NCBI GenBank assembly: GCA_043228905.1
Contig: JBHGNT010000001.1
Span: 14,446,001 to 14,510,000, forward strand
Reading direction: 5' to 3'
Origin: Azolla caroliniana
Taxonomy: Eukaryota; Plantae; Polypodiophyta
Length of the DNA stretch: 64,000 bases
Shown here piece after piece: positions 23,616-36,876 of the stretch. Numbering within the stretch: the stretch's first letter is position 1; each line of letters opens with the position of its first letter. A model generated the notes under the pieces. It searched no databases and was not told the DNA's origin. It was given only the letters and a program-made list of their open reading frames with translations. A program made the translations under genes and the position numbers.

Positions 23616-26600
23616 GATGTTTATGTATTCATGACACTATCCCTCCTTCGAGAACAACGAGTGGAAGGCGACGTTAACAATGTCGGGCCCAGTTTATTTG
23701 GATATTTGGATAGCGGCGATGGAAGTTGTTGACAAGAGCTTGAGCATTAAAAACATTATTTGTTTGGATAGCGGCGATGGAATTCGTTGACAAGAGCTTG
23801 AGCATTAAAAACATTATTGACAGGTTCCCAAGTGCACTCACTCGGAGGATAGCCTACCCAATCAACCAGATAATAGAGCTTATTCTGCACAATCTTAGAA
23901 TCGAGAATAGTAGTTACCTCGTATTCGGGGATGTCAACAAGTTGGACAGAGGGCGGAGGTGGCATGACACGATTAGGAATGGAAGAGGTGCGACAAGGTT
24001 CCAAAAGAGAGCTATGAAAGACTGGGTGACGTTGCATGTGTGCTGGAAGATAAGACGAAAGGTTGCATCATTAATCCACTTAGTGATGAGAAAAGGACCT
24101 AAGTGCTGATAATCGAGCTTCTCACATGGCTAGGTAGTCTTGATGTGACAACGAAGCAACCATACTTGGTCACCAACCTTAAAAGGAGACTTAAGACGAT
24201 GGTGATTTGCGTTGGTCTTATGTTGTGCTTGAGATGTCTGAAGATGTGAAGATAACGCTAACTGGATTCGGTGTAGTCGATGAAGGTGATGGTCAACACT
24301 AGGTTTGTGTGCGACCTTGGGAAGATCCAAGATAGACCATCAAGGATGGTTGCTGATGTAGGCAAAGAAAGGTGTAACCTTGGTAGAAGAGTGTACCATG
24401 TTATTGTATGCAAACTCAGCAAGATGTTAAATATTACTCCAATCATCTTGTTGATAACTGATGAAGGATCGAAGATACTACTCGAGCGTTTGATTCGTGC
24501 GCTTGGTTTGTTCGTCGGTTTGTGGATGATGAACCGAAGAGAATTTACATGAGATTTTGAGGCCTGCCCATAGGTGCTCCCAAAAGTGAGAGATAAATTG
24601 AGGACCACGATTGCTAATTATATCATCTGGAAGACCATGATGGCGAAACACTTCACGCATAATGATATCTGCAGTTTCTTGAATACTGATGCTCTTTACA
24701 CATGGTAAAAAATGTGCCATCTTGGTAAATCGATCCAGTACTGTTAAAATAGTATCAAAGCCTTTTGAAGGTGGCAGATCCGTAATGAAATCCATACAAA
24801 TAGACTGCCATGGCTTGGTTGGAAACGGTAATAGTTGTAACAAGCCATAAGGATGATGCCTGGGTATTTTGGCTTGACAACAGGTGTCAAATGTACGAAC
24901 GTAATCTTCGACAAAGTTTTGCAAATGAGGCCACCAAAATTAACGCTTCACCAACACCATGGTCTTGACAATACCAAAATGTCCAGCCATAGGCGCATCA
25001 TGACAATGTTCTAATACTTGAAGGCGGGGTGATCCATTAGGGACGTAAAGGAGATCCTTGTAAAAGAGTAAGCCATCTCGCCACTTGAAGTGCTGATAGT
25101 GTGGAGATGATCCTTGCAATGTGGAGCAAGATGCATGGCTTGGATTAATGTGGGCCAAAACATCCTTAGCGAAATCATCAGAGTGAACTCGTTGCCAGAT
25201 AGTATCAACAAGGCGTGAATCAAGCGGCGTGACATAAATTGTTGTTGCTTGTAGCTTTGATGGTCCTAGGAGAATTTGTTTTTGATTGTCGAAGGCCAGA
25301 TCTCCAGGTCGAGGTGCAAGATATGAACCCCCAGAAAAAGCATCTCTCCTTCCCTTGTTGTTTCCTGGGACGGGGAATGATCTTGAAATCAAAATGAGTT
25401 AGAAATTGTGCCCATCGAGCTTGTCTCCTATTTAAAACTAGAGCCGTTTGAAAATACATAAGATTTTTGTGATCACTATAAATGATGATTTGATGAGGTG
25501 ATCATTCCAAGAAATGTTGCCATTGCTTGAAAGAGTCAACCACAACTAATAACTCCTTGTCATGCACCTCATAGTTTATCTCCGCAACAATAAATTTTCT
25601 CGAGTGAAACGTGACTGGATGGGACTGCCCATCCTTGCTTGGTTGTGATAGGATACTCCCCAATGCAAAGTCTGACGCATCCGCCTCAATGGTAAATGGC
25701 TTTTCGGGATCAATATGCGCTAAGATAGGAGCTGATGTGAATGCCTCTTTGAGCTGAGTAAAGGCCGTGCCTTTGTCAATAGTCCAAACAAACGCTTGAT
25801 TTTTCTTGGTGAGTTGGGTGAGAGGCAACACGATCTTTGAATAATTCCATATAAATTTGCGATAGAAGTTGGCAAATCCGAGGAAACATTGGACGTCTTG
25901 AACAGAACGTGGGGGTTGTCATTCCAAAATTGTTTTGACTTTTGTTGGATCCAAGAATAACCCAAGAATTTGACTTGTTCGCTATCAAAACTGCACTTCT
26001 CAAGTTTAGCATATAGACCATACTTTCATAAGCGTTAAAATACTTTCCGGACATGTATATCATGCTCCTCCTGTGTTTTAGAGTAAATCAACAGTTCATC
26101 TAAATAGATGATGAGAAAGATATCCAGAAAATCCCGGAAAATGTCATTTGCCATATGTTGGAAAACTGCGGGTGCATTTGTGAGCCCAAAAGGCATGATC
26201 GTATACTCGAAATGACCATACCGAGTGCAAAATGCAGTTTTCCACTCATCTCCTGGTCGAATGCAACAGGATTATATGCACCCCTTAAATCAATCTTTAT
26301 AAAATGCTTTGCCCCACCAATGCGCTCTAAAAGACTGGAGATTAAAGGTAGAGCATACCTATTTCTTATGGTGACTTTATTTAATCCCCGATAGTCCACG
26401 ACCAAATGAAGCGAACCATCCTTTTTCTTCACAAAAAATATAGGAGCACCGGATGGAGATGTTGAATGTAGAATAAACCCATGTGCAAGATTCTTAACGA
26501 TGTATTCTTCAAGAACCTCAAGCTCCGTTGGTGATAAATTGTAGATCGGACCCCACAGTGGCTCTTTTCCTGGTTGGAGGTCAATGCGACAGTCGTATGG

Positions 26601-27470
26601 CCAATGTTTAGGAAGTACACTAGTTTTGACTTTGTCAAAAACATCAACATATTCTTGATATTTTTCGGGAATTTGGATGCTTGAATTCCCTTGAGTGGCA
26701 CTAGAAGGTGTCACTGATATTGCAAATAAGAAAAGTTCCTCCTTTCCTCCCATTTGGGACAATTGTTACAATGTGATGGTTAAGATTTGATGAAAAGGAG
26801 ATGGTGCACTGGTAGAACTATATTCTTTAAGGGAAAATTCATGGGTTCGATTCTTAGCAATGATGTTTTTTGCTGAAGGGCACCAAATTTCTTGCCTCCT
26901 CCAATCAATTCTTGGGTTATGTAGCTCGGACCATGACAAACCAAGGACAATTGGATGCTCGGGGCTAGGGATTATGTTAAAGGAAACTACACATCCTAAA
27001 TCATCTAAGAGTATGTGTATTGGCTCAAACTCTTCAAATGTCTTCCTAGAAGCTATGGGATGTCCATCAATCACTACTACGGAAATTGGACAAGGAAGAG
27101 TATGCAAGGATATTTGATGTTTTTGGGCAAAATCTCTATCCATGAAACAAGAATTGGCTCCAATATCTAAGAGGGCTTGGACCTGAAGTTGACAACTTGG
27201 TGTCCTAACTTGTACTTGGGTTGAGAAGACTCGACTAACATGCTTGGATGAAATGGAACCTACACTAGGTTGTATAGATCTAGGGTTGTCCAATCAAATG
27301 GCTCCTATTTTGACTGGATTTATTCGTTTGACTCCTCTTCTAATTGGCTTAGGACTTCAAACTTATTGGACAAGGGTGGATTATTCATAATATTAGAATC
27401 ACTGAGTGCTTCTAAAATGTTGGACTCATTTTTATTGTCATAGTGAATTTGATTTACTTGATGTCTCGGC

Positions 27471-29861
27471 TATTAAGAGTCTATTACTAATCAATACACC
27501 AAAGTAAAGTAAAAGAAGGAACATATATTGGATAGAAGAACCCGTTCCACTTGACCACCCCCGAGCTATGATCTAGACATACCCAACCTACCACCAACGT
27601 CCCATATCGCCGGATACTAGGATGACTAATGCCTTGGAAGAGATAAACACAATCGTCGAGACGAAAGCCTAGCCCGCACCACCGGTGTCTAAGACAACAA
27701 CCTTCTGACATCATGTCCTTATGAGGGTAGCTAAGCCTCATATTTATACCTTTTCCTAGGCCCCTTGAATAGATGTGCCTTTCTAAAAGGGTCTCCATTC
27801 ATTGGTTGCCCAAATCATGATAGTGCATGTACCTATCATTCCTTCTATCCAATCACATTAGCCCCCTTTTTAACATTAGTGAACATACCCTTCACTAATG
27901 TAAATATTAGTGACCTACCCTCACCAACATTATGTGTACATAACATACTCCCCTACTTTAAAAGATTGCACTCTTGCAATATAAAGTGAGGAAAGCTCGA
28001 GTTCCCATGTGACATCATCAATAGGTTTATCCATCCATTTGATCTTGAATAGCCGAATCTCTTTAGAATGTAAACGTTTAGTACGAGAATCAAGAATTCG
28101 TTCAGGATCATGAGGTTTATAAGAAAAATCCTCTAATGTTACAAGATCTTGGATTGTGATGGTGTTATCACTAGAGCCTAAAAATGGTTTTAGACAACTT
28201 ATGTGAAAAACAAGATGAATACCAACGTTACGGGGTAAGGCAAGACGATAAGTAGATGACCCAACTCGCTTAAGGATTTCAAATGGGCCACAAAATCATT
28301 GGACTAACTTAGCGCACTTGCCCGTAGACAATGACGTAGAGTCAGTAGGGACACGCAAAAAAACTTTTTGACCAATCGTAAATGCACGAGGACGTCTCTC
28401 CTAATCAAAATAAAATCAAGCATGATCTTGAGCTATCTTGACATTTTCTTTGGCAATATGTAACATTTGGTTCATGTCTTGCAAAAAATTGAGTGTGTTG
28501 TCTAATGTATCACGATGAATCGTGACATTGACTGGGGCACGTGGCTGAAAACCATACATCAACATAAAAGGACTATATCCAATGGATGTATGTTTAGAGC
28601 TATTATAGGCAAATTCTAAGATAGGAAGGTATTGCTCCCACTTACAAGGGGTTTTTGCTACATAAGCTTGAAGCATGTCCTCAATAATTTGATTAACTCG
28701 TTCAGTTTGTCCATCAGATTGAGGATGATCTGTGGAACTCATGCTCAATGTAGTTTCTAGTTTCTTAAAGACTTGAGTCCAAAAGTCACTAGTAAACTTG
28801 GTATCTCGATCACTAACAATATCCACTAGTAATCCACACATACGAAATAACTCATCAACAAATTGACAAGCCAATTGTTGAGCGGTTTCCGTGGTTTTGG
28901 TAGGAATAAATCTAGCCAATTTGGTTAGTTTGTCAACGACAACCCAAATGGCATCATGACCCCTCTGTGTATGAGGTAAATTAACAATAAAATCCATCGA
29001 GATACTTTCCCATTTGTTGTTGGGAGTATCTAAGGCATGTAAAAGACCAACAACTTTAAGTCGTTTCAACTTATTAATCTGACATTGTAAGCATTGAGTT
29101 ATGTATTTATGCACGTCAGAGCCCATCTTAGGCAAGAAAAAAGTACTTGAGATGAGAACGAGTGTGCGTTGTATTCCCGGATGACCAACAAATGGTGCAT
29201 CATGCCATTCATGAATAATTTTTTGTTTTACGTTTGGTAAATTTGGAACAAAGACCTTTCCACTATGGTAGAGCAAACCATTTGTAATGTGAAAGGTTGC
29301 CTTAGAGGGTAGGGTGCTAGTAACAACATCTAAACCAGATTCGGCTTTCGTCTAGTATTTTGAGAAATAATTGTGTTCAAGGTATTTCCCTCGAAGGTGA
29401 TCTAAAAGATCAGATTTTATTTCTGTGAAGCTAAGCATGTTAACTTCTTTAATGCGACTAAGAGCATTTGCAACAGTGTTTATAGAACCCTTGCGATACC
29501 GTATGGAAAAATCAAAATCTTGCATAAGGTCAGCCCAACGGCCTTTACAACCAACAAGATCTAGCTCGTCACAAAAATACTTAAATGATTAATGATTTGT
29601 TGTAACCACAAATTTATTTCCATAGAGATAGTGCCTCCAAGTTTTAAGTGCATGTATTACCGCAAACAACTCTTTCTCTTGAACCGAATACCGAGATTGA
29701 GCAACATCAAGCTTCTTACTTTCAAAAGCAATAGGGTGACCACGTTCATAAAGAACAACACCAATAGCATAATCAATAGCATTGGTTTCGATTGAGAAAG
29801 GCTTAGAAGGGTCTGGTAATAGAAGAGTGGGAGCCTGACACACATGCTCTTTGAATGTCTT
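27471..29861 (-). mobile_element. Chromovirus (family F) 3' half: LTR, chromodomain, INT, RH
   Basis: LTR 27471-27945 shares tataaata...gaggc...agctaccctcat with the LTR at 54018; PPT at 27946; INT 28416-29276; RH 29589-29843; cut by copia C. Confidence 0.88.
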
Positions 29862-30376
29862 TGTTGAGAATGAAGCTCAACTTGGTCTAGTGTGTGAACT
29901 CACCTTGAGAGTGAATAGACACTCTAACGGTCAAGAGTCACCATTATGTCACCACTTTGTATTCTAGCATTTAGTATGAGTCATAGAATCATATTCTATG
30001 ACACATAACTTATGAGCTTTCACATTCCCCATGCTCCATGAGTCTTGTAGTTAATGAAGAGAGAGGGTGACTATATAAAGCAGCCTCCTTCCACCTTGTA
30101 CAATGTTGAGTCTTTCTCCTTTGTTAATATACTTTACTTTGCGTATTCTCTGTGTCTTACTCCTTGTCTCTCTCACTCACTCACTCACACACTCACTCTC
30201 TCTCATACACACACAGTTCATATCTATTCTGCTACACAGAATCCATCTTGTGATTCTTTACATGGTATCAGAGCGACTTGGTAGCTCGATCTAGCCCATC
30301 CGCGTGTGTTGTGTCCTACGCCGACGACCAAGAACCGGCCCATCGCTATCGTAGCTTCGCTACATAGCTCGCATTC

Positions 30377-30428
30377 GAAGAGAGAAGAAGAAGAAGAAGA
30401 ATAAGAAGAAGAAGAAGAAGAAGAAGAA

Positions 30429-30459
<31 letters not shown>

Positions 30460-30460
30460 A
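30377..30460 (+). repeat. (GAA)n tract in the 5' UTR of copia C
   Basis: Direct reading; interrupted twice by taa. Confidence 0.92.
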
Positions 30461-33400
30461 TATCGACATAATGAATACTCAAATGGGGAGCGCTCTCCAT
30501 ACCGAGAAGTTGGATCGAAACAACTTTGCATCTTGGGAGTACAAGATGCACCAATACCTTGTCAGACAAGGCTATTGGAGCTACATCAAAGGAGCGCACG
30601 AAGACCAACCCATCGAAACGGCTCCCAAATACGCGACATGGGAGCAAGCCGCAAGCCGCGTGATGTATTGCTTGGCGACATGTGTTCATGATCACATGCT
30701 CGGCTACATTCGCGAAGCCAGGACGCCGAAGGAGGCATGGGAAAATCTACGAAAGATTTTCGCGGCGAACACAACCTCAAGAAGGCTTCAACTCCGCCAA
30801 GAGTTGAACAACATTCAACAAAGGGACATGTCCATCACGACATACACCTTGAAGATCAAGGAGCTTTGCGACTCGCTTGGCTCGATAAGCGTAAATATCG
30901 ATGATGATGAGATGGTGCAAATATGCCTTGACGGCCTCGCACCACGGTTCGGCGCGATGCGAACCACCGTTCTAGCAAGGGAGAAATCTCCCTCCTTCTT
31001 CGAGCTCCAATCAATGCTATTGGTCGAAGAAAACCACGTGCGTACAAGGAGCAATGAGTCGGAAGGCCACATGCTCTACATGCACTCGAACGGAGGAAGA
31101 GGACGCGGACGAGTGAGAGGCCAATTTGGCCAAGGACAAGGCAGACGAGGTCCGACCTACGACAACAACTCCCAATTTTGGCCGCAAAACGGAAGCCAAT
31201 GAGGAACCTTCGCAAGAAGGGGGAGCTTCCACTCCGGCCCGAGCAGTCAAAACGCAACCGAATGCGGATATTGCGGAAAGCTCGACCACCATGAAGAAGA
31301 GTGCCGAAAGAAGATGCGCGAATCGACTTCCACAAGCCGACAACTCACAAATTACGCGCACAATTCCGACTACGAAGAGTATAACGAAATGTACGGGCAC
31401 AACTCCGACTACGAAGATTGTGGCGGAATGTATGCACACAACTTCGATCATGGCAGAATGTTCATGATGAAACATAGAGCAAACTCTATGTCGGCCTCTA
31501 CCTCAATTAGTGCCCTCAATCTGGAGGACGTATGGTTTGTTGACTCCGGAGCCTCAAACCATATGATATCTCATAAAGAATGGTTTCTCAAACTTCGAGA
31601 GCCGGAGCGACCCGGTTATGTCGAAACTGGAGATGACACTACGCACCCGATTTGGCACATCGACAATGTTCCGTTCGGCGAAAGAGGTAAGCAAACATAC
31701 ATTAAAAATGTCTTGCATGTTCCCACCATCACGAAGAATTTGGTCTTGGTTGGCCAAATGGTTGAGCAAGGGATGCAAGTACGATTCGACCAAGAAGGGT
31801 GCTTCATCGAAAAAGAGGGCCGAATCATCGTGCGTGGAAGAAGAGAGGGCCGGATGTTCATTCTCGATTCACACGAGATGAAATCCGCCATGTTTGCAAA
31901 AAGCACGAAAGCTGACTCCGACATAGAGCTATGGCACAAGCGAATCGGCCACATCAATCTCAAAAAACTCAAAGCAATGAAATCGAAAGGAGTTGTCATC
32001 GGACTCCTGACATTCAAAGAGAAGGAGATTGAAGGTGTATGCGAAGCGTGCCAATTCGGCAAGCAACACCGACACCCATTCCCGAAAGAGCGGAACATGA
32101 GCAAAGGTCTACCTGATGTAGTCCATTCCGACATATGGGGACCGGTGCAGACGGCTACATTCGGCGGATGCCGATATTACGTGCTCTTCATCGACGACTT
32201 CTCTAGGCACATGTGGCTTTATCCGATGCGGCAAAAGAGTGAAGTGTTCGGACACTTCCAAAGGTTTTAAAACGAAGTCGAAAAAGCCACTAGTCGTCAT
32301 GTACGATGCCTTCGATCAGATGGTGGCAAGGAGTACTTCTCGGACGATTTCACGCATATCTCTTAAAGGAAGGAATTCAGCGAGAATTCACTTGCCAACA
32401 CACTCCGCAACAAAACGGAGTAGCCGAGTGCAAAAATCGGCACATCCTCGAAGTAGCGCGGGCCATGATGAACGAGAAGCATATGCCCAAGTCATATTGG
32501 GCCGAAGCTGCAAATACGACCGTCTACCTAATGAACCGGCGCACAACATCCGGAGTGCACGAGGTCACTCCGCATGAAAAATACCTCGGAAGGAAGCCGG
32601 ACTTATCGCACGCCCAGACAAATGCTACAACCCATCTACCCGAAAATTTTGAGTAAGTCGAGACGTCATGTTCGATGAATTTGCATCCTGGTACGCACCA
32701 GAGAAGATTCCGACGTCGACCTCGATCGACGTGGAACCAGCTGAACAAGAGCGAGAAGGTGGAGATCGCCTCAAAGACATGTTCGAAGATAGCCCGATTA
32801 CCACACAGCTAAGTGGGCTACAAGAGCCCCCGAGCGATCAAAGCACATCTCGGCCTAGCTCGAAGATGGACAAAGGCAAGGCGAAAATGTCGGAATATGA
32901 AGATGATCGCTTCGATGACGATGAGTCGACTCACTCACTCGACAGTGAGTTCGGCGGCTTCGATGTACCAATCGGAGCTAAGAAAGCCCTCATCTCTGCA
33001 AATGAAAAGCTCCGTCACTCCACCCGTGAAAAGAATCCGGTCAGCCGATTCGGCTACAACGACTACATGGCATATCACCATGCCTTTATGATGAAGGTGG
33101 CGACAGTACGCGAGCCGGAAACATTTTTTGAAGCAGCCAAGGATCCGCGATGGATCGAAGCCATGAACAAGGAGATGTAGGCACTACGCAAGAACGAGCC
33201 ATGGGATCTCATTCCCACCTCACCACAGAAAAAGGCGATCGGATGCAGATGGATTTACAAAGTGAAGTACAACGCCAATGGTTCCATCAACCGCTACAAA
33301 GCGTGACTTGTAGCAAAAGGCTACGCCCAAACGCACAGAGTTGACTACGAAAAGACCTTTGCCCTGTTGGCAAATATGACAACGGTACAGACTGTAATTG

Positions 33401-34334
33401 CGCTTGCCGCGGCGAAAGGGTGGCACCTCCATCAAATGGAAGTCAAGAACACATTTCTACAAGGCGAATTAGAAGAGGAGGTGTACATGATACAACCACC
33501 CGACTTCAACTCGAGCACCCATCCGAAAGTTGTATGCCGACTCAAGAAGCCACTTTATGGCCTCAAGCAAGCACCGCATGCTTGGCATTCGAAGATAACG
33601 GAATATCTTCATCAAATGGGCTTTCGTATGTCAAAATCGGACAACTCCCTCTACATACGAAGCGATTCCGGAAGTCCGATCGTCATCATCTTATATGTGG
33701 ATGACCTAGTCATTGGAGGTGAGCATCTTGTCGAAATCAATAAGGTCAAATCCCTCCTCTCTGACAAGTTCGAGATGACGGACATGAAGGAGATCCACTA
33801 CTTCCTCAACATCGAGGTAATTCGGACTCTGGCCGGAATCATGATCTCTCAACGGTGTTGTGCCTTTCGGCGCCAGATCGTTTGCGTGAGTCGAGTGGGA
33901 ACCGCTAGGGTTTTGGACTAGGAGAAAGAAGAATATGAGATAATGTTAGTTAGGAAGAGATTGCAAGAAGAAGATATGAAACTCGTGAATCCCACAAGTA
34001 TAGTGTATTAATTGATACTTAGATTGTAAGATAGAAATAGATGGCAAAATCGTGAATCCCACGATTATTTTATATTATTCAAACCTTATAAAAATCAACA
34101 ACACCTATACATCTTTCTCTCTTCCTTATATTGTGTTGGAAGAGTCTAAGTTTATCACATGCAAGCATCATGCTTTTCCTAACTTTAGTTTTGATGCACA
34201 CTGCATGTGCATGATTAGCTTTCTATCCCATCTTTTCTTTTAACTCGAGTGTGTATGCATGAATAACTTTTTGTACCATGCATATCTAGAATATTTACAT
34301 GGGATAAAGTTTAGTATAACTTTAAAATTCATAA

Positions 34335-34405
34335 TATGCTAGTATAGTGGTAAGGCTTAAATATCCTTAACATGGAGGTATAGGGTTCAAATCCTGCCCT
34401 ATGCA
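34335..34405 (+). promoter_or_regulatory. tRNA-like A/B-box module in the family D 3' LTR
   Basis: TAGTATAGTGGTAAG (34340) and perfect B box GGTTCAAATCC (34384-34394), 44 nt apart. Confidence 0.72.
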
Positions 34406-36701
34406 TGTAACAATATTTTCTTCTATTTACAAATTTGTCTCTTCATCCAGTGAGAGACTCTCACTGGCCTTCTTTATCCAGCTCTTGCCAGTTCTGCTTG
34501 ATCCGGTTCTTACCGGGTCTCCTTACCAGTTCCTCCGTAGCTCTACCCAATTCCTCCCTTATATCAACCATAAATTGTAGATCACTTTCTTCACTTTCCG
34601 CATCACCACGATCTTTGTCCGGTTGCTCCTCGTTGTCAGTCTTGTCTAGGGTTACATAGGGTTTGTCGTCAGTCCGCTTCTTGAAAATCTTCACCCGTTT
34701 CCCCGCTATAGGCACCCGTAGTATTGTTCCATCCAACTCGCATAGTCGGTAAGTTCCGTTGTCGAAAACTTTCCGAACCTCGTATGGGCTGAACCACCTT
34801 TTATCAAACTTCCATATCATTGTATGTTGATGATCCAAACAACTGTCATAGACAATCACCCAATCTCTTTCTTCAATATTCCGTGGTCATAGTCGATGCT
34901 TTGTATCAAATCGACTTTTGTTCCGGAATCGTGCTTCCTGTTGTCGGCGTGTTGCTTCCGCTATGTCTTCCGGTCTTCCCTCTAGTTGTTGTATCCGGAC
35001 CGCTAGTAGTTCTTCCCGGCTCATCTCTTCCTTCCACGGTAGCATTGTCCATGTCGCGATCGCGGTTTCCGTCGGCATTACCGGTGCTTGTCCGGTCATA
35101 AGTTCTGTTGGCATATAACCGGTTACGGAGCTATGCGTCATCCGATCTGCCCATAGTGCATACGGGAGCATCTGCGGCCAATCCTTCACCCTTCCATCGC
35201 ATGCTTTGGCAAGTGCTTTGATGATCGGACTATGTCCTCGTTCGATTTTCCCGTTGGCCTCCGGATTGTATGCCGTTGTTAGTGTTAACCGAATTCCATG
35301 TTTGGTGAAGAATTCCCTAGCTTTATCAGAGTCGAGTTCTCCCCGATCTGCAATCACTTGTCCTACGCACCCGTACTTGCAAAACACCTCCTCCAAAAGA
35401 AATTGGCATACCGCAGAACACGTTTTCCTTCGTAGCGCCCGACCTTCTACTTGGTTTGTGAGATCTTCCCGAGCTAACACCAAGTACTTCTTTTGTCCGA
35501 TCCCGGTTGGCATGGCTACAATATCGACCATCCATTTGAAGTTGATTGTCGGTGAGAATGTCAGATGTAACTCATCTCGGTGTCGAACTCCAGAGTAGAT
35601 TTGACACTTCTCACAGCTTTCCGTGAACTCCGCTATATCTTTGTACATATTCTTCCACCAATATTTTTGTTTGATTTTCACAAAAGTTGCCCATGTCCCT
35701 CGATGTCTAGCCCAATCAGATTTGTGAAACTCGGACATTATCCGGTTTCATTGCTCTTTCGTCCCGACTACCCGAAGTGGTATGCCATCCGATCTTTTCG
35801 GCTCCCTCCATATTAATCCATTTTTCAAGAAGAACTTTTGGACTTGCCTCTTCTTCCTTCGGATCTCGGCTCTCTTCTCTTTATCGTCTGATGATTCCTC
35901 AATCTCTTGTAGCACCTTCCTGATCATCAAGCTTTCTCCCTCGTATTCTTCTTCTCGGAATTCTTGGATTACGTTTATTCGACATATGTGCTCCGAAGCA
36001 AAGTAGTCTTCAGAAACTTCTTCATTATCGGATTCGGCGATGTCGTCTCCGAACCGAGCCCTTGATAGCATATCCGCTATCGCGTTGTCTTTTTCGGAGA
36101 TGTGTCGTTCGTCCGGGTTAAGCGACTTAACATATGCAATCCATCTTAGCATAGCCACATCCGGTATCGTGCAACACCGCATCATCCCGAGTATCGGAAG
36201 ACAATTCGTTTCGATCACTACTTCAGCTCCGATCAAATAATCTCGATCCGATTTGATTGCCGACATGACTCCCCATAATTCTCTTTTGACTTGTGCATAT
36301 CCGCATTGCCTTTCGTTGAGAACCTTTGCTCCGAATCGGATCGGATATCGCAAACCATCCGAGTCGGCTTGATTGATGACCCATCCAATCCCGATTGGAC
36401 TTGTATCAACCGTTACTGTCAGGAGTAGTACTAAAGCAGAGATGGAATTAGTACTAAAGAAGAGCAGTAATATTAGTACTAAGAGGAAGGGACTGCGTAA
36501 GATTCCCGAGAGAGGAAGTGAGAAGAGAAGAGAGAGAGAGAGATAACGAGAAAGAGAGAGAGAGAAGGATGATGACAACAACTCTTATATTATGTGAAAA
36601 GATAAGTACAAATCGGCTAAGAGCCTTAAGACTGGCGTTGAACCAATTTGGTTCAAAACAATGCCTTGTGCCTCCTTTTATAGTGTTTTTAGGAATAATC
36701 C

Positions 36702-36725
36702 TGAAGCTTCTAGAATGTTCCAGAG
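36702..36725. promoter_or_regulatory. Heat-shock element in the family E LTR (also at 41926-41949 and 55814-55837)
   Basis: tGAAgcTTCtaGAAtgTTCcaGAg: four perfect alternating units about 20 nt upstream of the minus-strand TATAAAA. Confidence 0.75.
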
Positions 36726-36789
36726 AGATCTGGAATATACATCAATTTTCTATGATAAAACATAAATGAAAATAATATCCTACAAATTA

Positions 36790-36860
36790 CAATTCATAGT
36801 CTAATGGTAAGAGCTGAACCCATGTAGCATAAGGTCATGGGTTCGAGTCTTGCCATATCA
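36790..36860 (+). promoter_or_regulatory. tRNA-like A/B-box module at the U3 end of the family E LTR (also about 42014-42084 and 55903-55973)
   Basis: TAGTCTAATGGTAAGAGC (36797)...AGGTC...GGTTCGAGTC (36840), 43 nt apart. Confidence 0.72.
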
Positions 36861-36876
36861 TGACACTATCTCCCCC

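Larger units (their letters stand above)
23188..27470 (-). mobile_element. Tcn1-like chromovirus (Ty3/gypsy, family B), 5' truncated and decayed
   Basis: 3' LTR 23188-23636 with PPT; chromodomain EYEVTTILDS...YYLVDWVGY...TWEP (23756-24037); INT, RH (EADASDFALG), RT, PR (ALLDIGANSCF). Colinear with element E. Confidence 0.9.

Noticed and set aside
23700-23820. 58-bp tandem duplication at the end of the chromodomain of element B
   Set aside because: Real, but most simply a local slippage event in a dead copy; no functional signal.
30224-30695. Poly-S, poly-L and poly-F ORFs
   Set aside because: Antisense translations of the (GAA)n tract.
36790-36860. Functional tRNA genes at the A/B-box modules
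   Set aside because: Acceptor, anticodon and T stems do not pair convincingly and no anticodon can be assigned. They are reported as tRNA-like promoter modules only.
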